A stretch of 63,527 nt of DNA, the filler included, from Klebsormidium nitens (Eukaryota; Plantae; Klebsormidiophyceae): the NCBI GenBank assembly GCA_000708835.1. It is 4 parts of 4 records of this genome, joined end to end, with 100 filler letters (N's around TTAATTAATTAA, not from the genome) between each part and the next. Parts side by side here need not be neighbours in the genome. Positions count along the whole stretch, not along the records: positions 25,199 to 54,259 come from DF237160.1; 3 more parts are not named here. One strand, given 5' to 3'. A program made the translations under genes and the position numbers. This document shows, piece after piece, positions 39,001-51,800 of the stretch (its first letter is position 1; the number at the start of each line of letters is the position of its first letter). The notes beneath the pieces are model-generated. The model worked only from the letters and a program-made list of their open reading frames with translations. It ran no database searches and had not been told where the DNA came from.

Positions 39001-42000
39001 AACAGATCCTTACTCGGTTGATTCAAGGTGATCTTCGACAACAAAGGGGTAGTGTCCTGCCATCCCCTGACTCACTTTCCACGGCTAACCGATATCTGCG
39101 CTCATCCAATCTCAGATTAGTAGGCTGCCTCTTCCCCAAACCCAGCTGCACGTCGCACGCCCTGCCGCTCTGCTCCTGGCTCGGCTCCCTTTACCCTCGA
39201 CATGAAAAACACGCACAAGCGCTCCCCTCGCCGCCTTCAGATCTTGAAATAAAACCACCCCGTGAAACTTGGCGAACATCAGCAGGAAGCACGTTCCGTT
39301 CTATGCCACTTGAGCCGATATTCTCGACGCATCCGGTCCCGCTACGGAATCCGGAACACCCAGGGGACTATTTGGACGCTCGTCGTACCCCCGTTCGATG
39401 GCTGAGGAGCTACTTGGAAAGAGGCCCGGGATGCTACCAAACATATCGATCAACTCCAGAAGCTAGTGGCCCTACGTACCCGCGGGGCCACCCAATGAGT
39501 TTGCAGGCGAAAGGCGCCCCCTCCTCGCGCGGCAACCTGGCAGTACGCGCCGGCCTTGCAACGGCCGTCGGCAGCTTGGGAGACTGGAGGTTTTCGGGGG
39601 TTCCTACTTGTCCCCCACGTGTCCGGGGTCCCCCACCTGTCGGACAGTTGGCGCGCAAAGTCGAGGCAAAGCCGCAGTACGTCACGTGCAGCGCAGTACT
39701 TCTTGGGACCATGGGGGGAGCGGAATGAACCCGAGACTAGCGGTGCTGCTTAGTGAACTTTGTTGTGGGCCGTGACATTCGAGCTTTATGGTCACGGACT
39801 GTGCTGGCGCCTTTCCTCAACCGAGTACGCGCTTGCGCAGTGACGCAGTCACACGTTTCAAGCGCCCCTGCGAACCCCCGCAAGCCTCAGGGCCTTCCAG
39901 GGACTGACCGACGTCACCGTTGTGCTGGGCTCCGCGGCCGCGCCGGGCCCGCGGATTTGGCCGCAAGCAAACGAGCCGCTTTTGTCTCTGACCTTTACTG
40001 ATTCAAGAGCATACCAGCCTCGACAAGGGTGCGGGGCGGCGGCAACAAAGCGGCAAGTTTGAAAGCGGGCGGCTGGCGGAAGGGGAATCGAGTGACGCAT
40101 TTCTTTACTACAACGAGTATACCGTCTGCTACTGCGACGTAATAAGAAGGGTTAGCCGGAAGGGAAACGGGTACGCGCGCTTGGGCGCGGCCGCCCTTCC
40201 TCTTAAACGGTCCCTCAAACCCTCGGTAGGCCTTCACGTGTATAACCGTAACCTCCGGATAAGGCTGACGGGCAGCCCCGTCCATCGAGCGGACCTGACA
40301 TAATGAACTGGGACATGACTGAACGCTAGTTCCAATTGACCTAAGGAAGCTAGATATGGAGAAGTAAGGCGCCTTGGTATGGCATCTTCTGTTCATGACC
40401 ACTCACCAAGTATGTTAAAGCATGAGCATGATGATGCATGAGGGGCTCTGCAAAGTGCCGGTGAATACCACTGATGTGCATAGTCCACTGCCGGCGACGG
40501 CGGCCGCAGTATTCTGTTCTATAGCGGAGAGCCCTGTTTATTAAGTTCGTCACTTGTGGTGCTGTCACTTAGTCAACCAGTTGCTATGCGGACACCTGCC
40601 AAGCGTCGACTGCGGACCCAGATCGAGATGTCATGCACGTCCAACAACAGGACAACGCACCAGGTTGCCACATGTGTAGCGTGAGTGGCAAGATATTGAA
40701 AGCGACGGTGTAAAGGTGTAAGTTTCCATGACAGCTGATGAACTATCATTAGCAAAGTCTCTCCATTTACAGCTCATACATTTGCATGATCCGTAATGGT
40801 ATTGAACGTGCCAGTACTATCTCAAGGTAAACCCCGTTTGAATGCACCTCACTCTAATTAAGGCTCTTCGTTTGCACTTAGCAAGCAGTACCATGCATTT
40901 GATATACCACATGATGTCTGGTTGCCACACAAACCGCTTTGCCAGGCAGCCGATAAATTGTTCGAGACACGGCCGACTCATATAATGATATAATGACGAT
41001 CTTCCAAGCACTAGCTTCAAGCACTAGTACGTGTGCGACCCCGACATCGATCGAAGCATCTCATTATATTGAACCGTGGCCGGCTGCATTCAGAGGTTTT
41101 TGCCCATTGATCCAATCTAAGTACGTCCAATGTGGTACGTCTCAAAATATACTCGTATGCAACTTTGCCAGATAATGTGGGTCACTCAGGGTGTGCGTCA
41201 CTCAGGGCTCGGGCGTGCGCCGCTGCAAGTACACATCAACATTCAAAAATACACTTCATGTATCATTGATTTTCACCATCACGACAATCTTATGAACCAC
41301 GTTATGCATCAAGACCCGGGAAGTTATGGTCTGTCGTGCAAACTTCGGAGAAACTTAAGTAAGCTTGAGTGGATAAAATGTATATCTACAGGCTACGGTA
41401 ATCAACGACCACGTGCCAATGTTGTTCGTGAAGGCTAACTACCAACGTGATGCTAATCTCATGCATCCAATCAACATGATGCTAGCAAGTCACGGTATTT
41501 ACTAGAAAAGGAATCAAACTATGAAACTAGAAATAGCTCACGCTAATATAAGTTAGTTTAGACATTCCAGCAAACAAATCTGCTACTACTGATCGACTCC
41601 TGCCGGTCAAAATACCTGTTGACATTACTGAACTGAGTCCTGGCTAGCATTATTACGTTTCAAGAAGAAGACAAGCTAACGGCATGGTTGTCATATACGA
41701 ATTTTCCATTTTTACTTACACACAAATAGATAGTAGCTATGCAACCTAAAAATGGAAGCACCGGGAGTGCATCAAAGAGTTGCGTCTCCTCCAAACTACT
41801 AGAGTTCATCAAGGGAAACACACGTTCCGAGGTCCGTTTCGGACCCCAATAATGTGGTAGTAATGATGTGGTAGCAATATATATAGATACAAACACGTTC
41901 GACTCGGTCGCCATTTACTGAAGTCAATCAAGCCGGTCCTCTGAGTGCCCCTTCGCTGCAGAAGAAAACAATACGCTTCAGTACGTAGCAGCTTACCAAG

Positions 42001-42871
42001 ATCATTACGGTATCTGGAAGGTACAAATTTTGCCCGGCCCTTGGCGAGCTGCGTCCTGGTCTTGATCTAGACAGGGAAGATTGTGTCAAAGCCGTTATAA
42101 ATCCAACAAGAGGCAATCTTCGTCGTCTGCTGACACCGAGTCGGCCAGGCCTCAGAACAGAACAACTTTTGCGCTCGGAGGAGGTCAGTGATCTGACGCT
42201 GACGTCCGTGCAATCAGGAGATCCGGGTGGTGTTCGGCCAGACCCTTAGAAAATTATCAAAGACAGTGAGTTTTGTTTACGGCCAAGGTTGTTTAGCCGG
42301 TGCTTGAAACCAGACCCTAATCAGCTTCCGGTGGGGTGATCGATGCTGACACCTAAGGGACACCTAAGCTCAGCCTAGACCAGCCTGGTAAATGGTGGTC
42401 TCCCTCTTCGGGGATCTGGTTGTAGACTGGTCGGATCGTAAACGGCACGAGTAAAATTCCAACACGACACGAGGATAAAGTCAACAAAACTTGGCGCTTT
42501 CCGTCAAGCAGACCCTCGCCTCAAGTCACGCTGTCAGCAACAATGAATCAAAACTCTATGAATCTGAACCTAAGATCATACTGGTAGAAGCTGGAAAGTG
42601 TAAGTTGCCGCTCTGACTTGTTCACTGCCAGTGGGGGTGCCGCTACTAGCTTCCGAAGCCTCCCTTCCAGCTTCCACTCTTGCAACCTGAGTAATACCGT
42701 TCCGGCGGAACAGACAGTGATTGCGCACGCGCGCGCGCTTCCGGGCATGCTCCACTGTCACTGCTTGAAACCTACAACCGTCACTCAACTCAAAAGCATT
42801 GCAATAAGCAGACCTTCGCTCGTTGCGACCGGCTCTCACCTCTGGAGTAATCGAAGCGCGTGAGGGCGGCG

Positions 42872-45800
42872 CTAACTGCACGCGGACCCAAACTTGCACA
42901 GTCCGCTGCAACACAGGTTCCGACTGGCCGGGCATATCGCGCCATTGAAGTCGTCGCAGTTGGGGCACACCTGCTTCCCGGTACTGTCGATCGGCCTGTT
43001 CGTGCACTTCCCTGCATTATGCACCGTTGAAGTCGGCTTAAAGTCAGGGCAAACAACCTCGCTTTTAGGTGACCGTTCCGACCAGGGCGACGATCCCCGG
43101 CCCGATTTGGCGCCTTCTTTCATCGAGGTGAGGACAGTTTGCAATACAAACAGATTGATGCCCCGTTAGGTGTGATGCCGGCAAGTTTCTGTGCGAAGCC
43201 AACGTCACTTTACAACAGGGCCATTGACTCACCAAGGTTGCCGCTAAACTCCTCGGTGCAGCAATAAGCAGTTGGGCAGTCCCCGGCATAGCTACAGTCA
43301 CAGCCGCTTTTGGTTGCCGCGCAGTTTCCGTGCGGGCAGCACACGCTCTTGTCAGCGGGGCAGCTCGCACCGTTGAAGTCGCCACAGTACGGGCACACTT
43401 GGGTGCCGTTGGCGAGGACGGGCGTGTTCGTGCAGACGCCTGCATTAACCCGCGGCTGGGCTCGTCAATCTTTGCAAGTTAGTGACTTGAGAAAGCTCGG
43501 GCTACTATATGTCAGAAGCAACTTCGGCACGAAAGACATTTGCTAGGGCCTGGTGCAAATTTCCCATGTGCCCAAGAACGAGGCAGTGATCTTCCTTACG
43601 TCTGGCAATGGGCTCCGATCTGTTTGTTGAGACGCAAATCAAGTCGTCCGAAGAACGCTTTGCTCACAAAGTCTGGCCTACTTCAACTTGGTAAACTCAT
43701 AAGTCTATCCTCAAACGGGCATCCAACCATGCATGCCCTCTGGAGGCTTCATTTGATTCACTCGAAGCTTACTACGTCCTGGACAAAACAGGCAGTAATT
43801 CCATGGCCGCACGCTGGCGAGACTGTTCGACGAGGCAACCACGCCCCGGTCTACATTCTTCAAAACTTTGGCGAGCCATTGAAGTAGCCCAACATATGTG
43901 GCCGGAGTAAGACGTAACAAAAGACCATTCGACTTACCGAGCTTGCCGCTGTAGTACTCCGTGCAGCAAAAACCACTCGGGCAGTCACCGCTATAACGAC
44001 AGGTACACCCGGTATTGCTGGCTGCGCAGGTTCCGAGCGGGCAGCAGACGCTCTTGTCGGCGGGGCAGCTCGCGCCGTTGAATGTGTTGCAGTTGGCGCA
44101 CACTTGCGTCCCGTTTGTCACGACGGGTGTGTTGGTGCAGAGGCCTGCATCAGCGGGTGAGCTCGTGAATCTCTTGAGGAACACAAGTCCTAGGTGCGGG
44201 TTGAAGGTGCGTAGGCAACCAAGTGACCTTCTATGGGCCCTGAAAACATCTAGTTTCCAAGAATTTCGCTCTTTGGCAATCAGAAAATGAGGTCAACTCT
44301 GAGTTGATAACTCCTGGAGAGGCTACTTGACTATACTTGAGAAGGATTAACTGAACAGCCTGACTATATAGTGACACTCAGTTCAGGGAGAGCTGTTGTT
44401 GTCATCAGAATGCGCGCCAGCCTCATCAGTGGTGAAGGGCGCTTCTAAACCTCTTAATTTTTGAGTCAACTGTCAGCAAGCAGCCATAAACCTGCTTACT
44501 CAACATTATGGGCCCAAGAGTCCCTAAACTTCGCTATGCGAAAATCGGAATGAACGGAGCGCAAGAGTTTGGCTGCCTACCCTGGTTGCCGGTGTATTCC
44601 TCCGTGCAGCAATAGCCGGTGGAGCAGTGTCCGGCCGCCTCACACTTACAAGCGCTCTCACTCGCGGCGCATTCCCCGTAACCGCGGTTGCAACAGAATG
44701 GTTTGTTGCTGGGGCAACTCGCGCCATTGAAAGAAGAGCAGTACGGACAGACTTGGTTGCCAGTTGCAGGATCGATCGGCGACTGTACGCATTTGCCTGT
44801 ACGGAGAAATGGGCAAAGGTCTTTTGTCAAGATGCTTTGGACCACTCAGGTTTGAGTTGGCTTCCGTTGCTTAAGATGGTTTGCAAAGAAACAATTACTT
44901 TGTAACGGCATCGAGAGTCGTCCGGACACGGAATTCGATCAGCGGGTGTACCAGATGGACTCTTGTGTGCAGCTTCCAAGAGTAAAAGGCCCGCAAACTC
45001 TTCGCATCAATCTCCCTTGCTGTGATCTGTTTGAACAATAGCCTGCACTATTCCACACATTTGGCAGGGCTCGCACGGTCCGTCAGTTCCTGTCGGGGAT
45101 TTGACGAGCCGAGGAGGTCAGAGTTTGATTCGGGAGATGTTCAAGGGAGGTGTACTTCTATTTGTCTATTCTTCCGTCAAGGTAAACATTCCCGTGAACA
45201 CAAAAAATCCGGTTGTTTGGGGGGCTCAGATGGACAACCCTACTGGCCACCGTAAGTTCAACAATCCAGTCTTTCAAACCTACAAGCTTCCGACGAATAC
45301 CTCACACTTCAATGTTTGTTGTGGCGTCAACTTAGTTGCACAGTGGTGACCCGATTGCTGAACACCTTAACCCCCCCCCCCACTCCTTGTTCCTTGACGC
45401 ATACAGGCATGATGGGACTTTGATAAAGATGTGAGCAATTCGAAACAAGCTCTTTAGGCACGCCAGGGGCTCACCCAACTCGCCATTCTCCTTGGTGCAG
45501 CAATATCCAGACGGGCAGTTGGATGCGGTCCTGCACGAGCAGTCTGCGCCACTTGCAACGCAATTTCCTAACTGGCAGCACACTGGTTTAGAAGCAGGGC
45601 AGCTGAGACCGTTTAGGTCGTTGCAGTCTGGGCAGATTTGCGTGCCGTTTGCGAGGACTGGCGTGTTGTAACACGTACCTACGAGCGGCAAAAAAGACGA
45701 TTCTGATTAGACACATTCCCGGGTTTGTCAATGTTTGAAGGGTGTGAAAGCGAACGAGCTAGCTTCGAAAAGCATGAGCCACAAAAAGCAATCGAGAGCA

Positions 45801-48800
45801 CGTAGTCGCCGGAAAGAAACGCTGTCGGATGGAGTGATGGTTGAAGAATTGACGTCGATCCGGGGTTGGAGAGGGTGCAGCAATTCAGGTGGCGCCTCAA
45901 AACTTTAGACACGAGAGAATCGAACATTCAAACCGAAACTCTTGCAGCATATCTGGAAATACCATGGACACAAAATTCGACGCAACTCCTAGAGGATCAA
46001 GGTTTGAAAAGACTACTTTTGCATTGACAGCCCATTTAAGAGTTCGAAACAATATGTGTGTGACGAGATTGAAGCAGCTTGCAACTTCGGATTGATGAGA
46101 AAAGAAGCAATTATACAAGCAGCAGAATGCGAGCACGGGACCCTCGACTTGTGCCTGGCTTTGCCCGGACTGGACCACCATCAGTACACGATTCCCCTTC
46201 GAGGTCACCCGCACAACAAAGCAGGGCTTCAGCGGAGGCACCCTACCAGCAGATTGTGAGACTGGGAGCTCACACTAGTAAAAACGCGAATACGTCTAGA
46301 CTGATCGAAGTTACACACCAAAGTTACGCTAACCCATCATTTTATCGTACTCGTGACTGCCGCTTCAAATGGGGTTATACTCACCCTGCAAGTAATTCGG
46401 GTACACCGTATACTCGTACTCGCGGCTGCAGCAGTTGTTGGGCGGGCAATAACCGGCGCTGATGCATGTGCAGGAGCTTTCGGACGCGGCGCATTGCCCC
46501 GTTGGGCAGCACGTTCCTTTGCCGGCGGGGCAGCTTAACCCACTCCAACGAGTGCAGTCTGGACACACCTGCTTGCCGCTACTATTGATGGGGGCGTTCG
46601 TGCATTTACCTGTAAGTACACGCTTTTGTGATCGATGTGGCTTGGGAGAAGAAGGTTACATGGTGATAAATAGACGAGAGGAGCCAATAATCAGACTGTC
46701 GAAAATTGAGAGATGAAGCACTACAACGACGTAGAACCGACAGGTTTGAATACATAACCAAACGACTGCTGTACCTTCAAGGTGGCAATGCAATTTGGAC
46801 AGGAAGCTTGCAGGACTTGTGTGGCTGCCCGTAATCGTTGGCGATCGAGCTGATTCTCTGGGTATTAGGCACGGGGTAACGCATTCACAGCAACCAGTCG
46901 CATCGTCTTAATTTAGTGGAAGCTTGGCCCTCGACGTCTCGAATCGTTAGCATGCAAGTTGGTTGTTAGCAACCAAGTTGGTCCAGATTGACGGTCGAAG
47001 CTCTAAGAGGAGGAGTGGCAAGGAGAACCCGCCGGAGTTCCGTCGTCGTAACGTGCTCCAAGATCCTGATAGACGGCGCTGGGATTGCAATCGTACACAC
47101 CAAAGGTGTTAAGGACGTTTCAAAAAATAACAGATCGCGTCCTAGCGGCCTGCACTGATCATCAACGCTTATGGAATAACAGGCGAGGAGCCGACCTTCC
47201 TTATGACATCCTGATCAAACGGAGCCCGCCAACACAACGCACCTGTTTTGCCAGAGCTTTCTTCAGTACAGCAGTAACCGGTGGGGCACTCGCTGGAATA
47301 CTGGCAGGTGCAGGCAGCACCGCTCGCCGCGCACTGCCCGTTTGGACAGCACACCTTCTTAGTCGCAGGGCAAGCAGCGCCGTTGAAGTCGTTGCATTGT
47401 GGACAGATTTGCGTACCGTTGCTGCTGACGGGGGTGTTTGTGCAAAAACCTGCATGAGCGGTTGGGCTTAGACTTCAATCGAGGAAACCAGGGAAAAATT
47501 CTTGGTGCATTTTGAACGCCCACACTCAACCGAGCGTGATTCCCAACGTCCAAGGATGGAACCAGACACACGATAGGGCCACCCATACGAGTTGTGCTCC
47601 TACAAAAAAATCAATCCCAGATAATCTTGTGTGTTAAAATTGTCTAAAGGCAAATCTGGCAAAGCATGCTGCCATGCTCAAGAGGGCTTCGATTCTTGAG
47701 GCGCTGGTGCAGAAACAAACTTGATTGCAAAGTCAGAATATGCATCCACCCATGCGCCAGCCCCATCAGTGGTCGATCAACCCAATCAGCCTGTGAGATC
47801 AGCAAGCTCATGTTCGAAGTTTGCATCAAATCTGAGGCCCGAAAGTCTCACAAATTCTCAAAAGGATCGAACCAGGAAAAAGGAGTGAAAGAGGACCGGC
47901 TGCCCACCAGGATTGCCGGAGTACTCCTCCGAGCAGCAATAGCCGGTTGGACAGTATCCGGCCGCTTGGCATCCGCAAAAACCCTCACTCTCAGCGCAAT
48001 TCCCTCGAGGGCAGCAGAACGACTTGTCGGCAGGACAACTTGCGCCGTTGAAGCTATAGCAGTAGGGACAAACTTGGTCTCCGGTTGCAGGGTCAACCGG
48101 CGACTGGACGCATTTGCCTGTGAGAATAAGCACTCACTTTACTATCAGTTTCAGCTTCTTTCAGACGGTCTGAATCGAATCTGCAGGATTTGGAGGATTT
48201 CTTGTATGATGGGTCGCTCCGTCTCGGTTCGTCCGTTCCGTAGAAAACTCTGCCTAGCCAAGGAGTTTAACGTTGCTATAGACGATAGAAGAAGGGAATC
48301 TTTCTTTCGATTGTCAAAGTAGCAACTTTTGTTGAGCTGGGAACCGGTTCTTGAAGCCGACTCAGACGAAGAAAGACACCGGCCATCATAAGTCGGGTCC
48401 AGCTCGATTTTGCAACCCTACAAGCTTCTAGCCATGTCCATCACTTTTGCCATAAGGTAGGGTGTCCAACAGGTGTGAAGTGGTGACGGAAATACGAACG
48501 GACACCTCCTTTCCCTCGTTTTGAGCCGCAACGATCCTGATAGTGGTAGGGCTCTATTGACGGGTCTGAACATCTGTGCAACAAGCTATGTGGGCACGCC
48601 AGGGGCTCACCGAACTCGCCATTCTCCTTGGTGCAGCAGTACCCATACGGGCATTGAGAGGCGTATTGGCACGAGCAGTCTGCCTCGCTCGCGGCGCAGT
48701 CTCCCAATGGACAGCACACTGGCTTGGAAGCCGGGCAGCTGGCCCCGTTCAGGTTGTTGCAGTTCTTGCAAATCTGTGTGCCATTTGACAGGATTGGCGT

Positions 48801-51800
48801 GTTGGTACAACTACCTGCGAGCGGCAAAGACCAAGGTATCAATCAAACATGTTTTCCGCTCTGGTTACTTTGCCCTTTGTACAGGCTATGGAAGTGACCG
48901 CAGGAGGCTACCAAGCATCGAAGTCAAAAAAGGATAGAGACCGAACGGTCATCTGGCAAGAAAATGTGTGAATGACAAACGACATCGATGGGTCAGGGGA
49001 ACGTTCAAATCTAGTCGTGGTTCAACAATTTCAAAATATAATGAGAAGATCAGTTGAGGTGCAATGTTGGTTCATTCCACAGATATCTAGGGGGCTACGA
49101 GTCCTAGAGAAATGCCTCGCAATAGCGGTTCAAACAAAGACAAACCGTGTGATGTCCAAAAAGTGACTCCTGCCAACAACTTTGGAGGGATCCGGAAAGA
49201 AAGGCCGTTTAGGAAAGCGGCAGTGAGAATCGGACTCCTCAAATTATGACTTCAGCACGACTAAACCACCAAACACATTCAATCCCCTGTCCAAGGTTGA
49301 ACGGCAAACATGGCATGTCTTACAGTGGAGGCGCCCAGATAGAAGGTTGCCAGACTCGGAAGTATCCCTACTTAGCAGAAATCAAAGCGGAGTACATTTG
49401 GAGGTTCATGGCTTTGCTGAAGCCTTTGAATCCAATCTGAAATGAGCGGAAGAGCATCGGTTGCCTACCGAGGTTGCCGGAATATTCCTCCGAGCAGCAA
49501 AAACCGGACGGGCAATATCCGGCCGCTTCACACTTGCAACCGCTCTCACTCGCGGCACATTCTCCGTGGTTGGGGCAGCAGAACGACTTGGAAGCCGGGC
49601 AGCTGAGACCGTTGAAGCTATTGCATTGCGGGCACACCTGTGTGCCATTTGCAAGGACGGGCGTGTCGTAACAGGTGCCTACGAATGGCAAAGAACGGAA
49701 GATCAGTAAGGGGCACTGCCCATCCTCGTCGAATCCAATTTTTTTGTCCACTTGAGGGTATGAAGGCAATAGCGAGCCAGAGCAAGAAAGCATGAGCGAC
49801 AAAACGTGGTGAAGAGCACGTGGTTACAAGCCAGAGTGGTTGTTGAGCAAAGATTGCAGGGAACAACGTCAACGGGTAGTCAGAAGGTGCAAGTTTGGTG
49901 GCAGCTCAAAATCCAGACTCACTTAGAAGTGAGATCTGAATGGACAGAGTAAAACTCGAAGGACTCTCTGGGAAATAGGTAAGATTGCAATTTGCTCGTC
50001 CGAAGAAGATCACGGTCGGTCGGAAATGACCCGTTTGCATAAAAGGCTTCCTGGTTATGTGGCAGTTCGGAAGGTCTAGTTGCGAAGAACAATGTTTTGG
50101 CCAAACATTTCGCAAAGTCTGAAGGTAAGAATCTGCCGTAGAAGCAGCAGGGAAAGAGAACGGAACCTTCGACTCGTGGCTTGCACGATTGGCTCAACAA
50201 CGTACAGCTCCCTGCTCAAACTTAACGGCAAGGATGGCAGGTCTTCATCGTGGAGGCGCTCCAGTAGCATTCTGCAGAAAGTAGAGCTTGTCCCTGCTTA
50301 GATTGTGGAGTACGACTGGCGTTCATCGGGTTTATGCTTTGGGGTTATACTCACCCTGCTTGTAAGTCCCGGTGTTGGAGTCGTAGTCGTACTCGCGGCT
50401 GCAGCAAGTGTTGTACGGGCAATAACCGGCGCTGATGCATGGGCAGGAGGTTGGAGATGCAACGCACTGCCCCGATGCGCAGCAAGTTCCTTTGCTGGCG
50501 GGGCAGCTCAGCCCGTTCAAATTGTTGCAGTTTGGACAGACCTGCTTGCCGCTGCTGTTGAAGGGCGCGTTGACGCATCTTCCTGCAAGGACAAGCGTCT
50601 CTTTAGACCATGTTGGCTTGGGGCAATAAGCTGAAAGCGGATGACGAAGTAAGAACATTGAACCGGGAAATAAAATCGTTGGGCATCACAGGATCTGGAT
50701 AAGCGATGAAGAACTACCCCAACGCGATGTCTACAGATCCAAACGACGACCTTTCAGACGTTCTCAACTAGGAAGCTTGGATATTGGTGGCTGCCTGTGA
50801 ACGTTGAGATTCAAATCGATACTCTAGTAGGTATCACAAAACTCATCCGCATCTTCGTTCCCTCAGAAGCCTGGGGGTAAACGTTTCGGAAGTTTTGAGC
50901 AACTTGAAGTTGGTTTCAAGAATGATTTAAACACTTCAAGGATTAAGGGAGTCCGTCAACCAACCGTCAACCACTATTATCCTTGTACGGTGCCCCAATC
51001 CAGACAGGCGGCAGTGAAATGGCCATGCGATAGACCCAAGATCCTCTGCGGAGGAACATCCACCAACGGCGATTCACTCCGTCCCAGCCGCCACATTAGC
51101 AAGCTCATGAATCGACCATTTAATAGCCGACCTTTTCTTGAACGTTCTAATGAGACGGAGCCCAGGGAAACGACGCACCTGTTTTGCCGGATGACTCTTC
51201 GGTACAGCAGTAATTGCTGGGGCATTGGCCGGAGTAAGTGCAAGTGCAGCCGGCGTTGGTTGCCGCGCACTGCCCATTCGGGCAGCACACCTTCTTGTTG
51301 GTCGGACAGGATAACCCATTGAAATCGTTGCAGTTTGCGCACTCCTGGGTGCCGTTGCTGAAGAAGGCCGTGCTCGAGCAGTGTCCTGGAGAAGGAAGTT
51401 GACTCTTGAGTCTCAGAGCGGTGTGAGCAAGCAAATAATGGTGAGCATCGTTGGAGCGCTGGTCGGATTCTCGTGCCAAGTCCAGCTTGAAGCTCGCTAA
51501 TCTCAGGCCAAGAAACGAGAAGCAGATCAACTGGAGATCGATCTACATATGAACGGGGTGCCAAAAGTGTCGAAACAATGAGAAAGAAGGGTCGACGAGC
51601 CTGCTCACTCGCACTACACGCTTTGAGCGGATTCTCGTCAGAAGCGTAAAAGTTTTAAAGGAATCTCGCCGCCATTCGATCGAGCAGTACTGCACACGGT
51701 TACTATGAAGCTGGGGCACGAAGCTGCACCACGTCCGTGAAGCGTTGTGCCACTAAGTTGAGGTCATCAAGTTTTCGGATTTAGTCAAAAAAAACAAAAA

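Noticed and set aside
47666-48322. 218-aa plus-strand ORF and similar ORFs over 43-53 kb
   Set aside because: Antisense shadows of the Cys-repeat exons.
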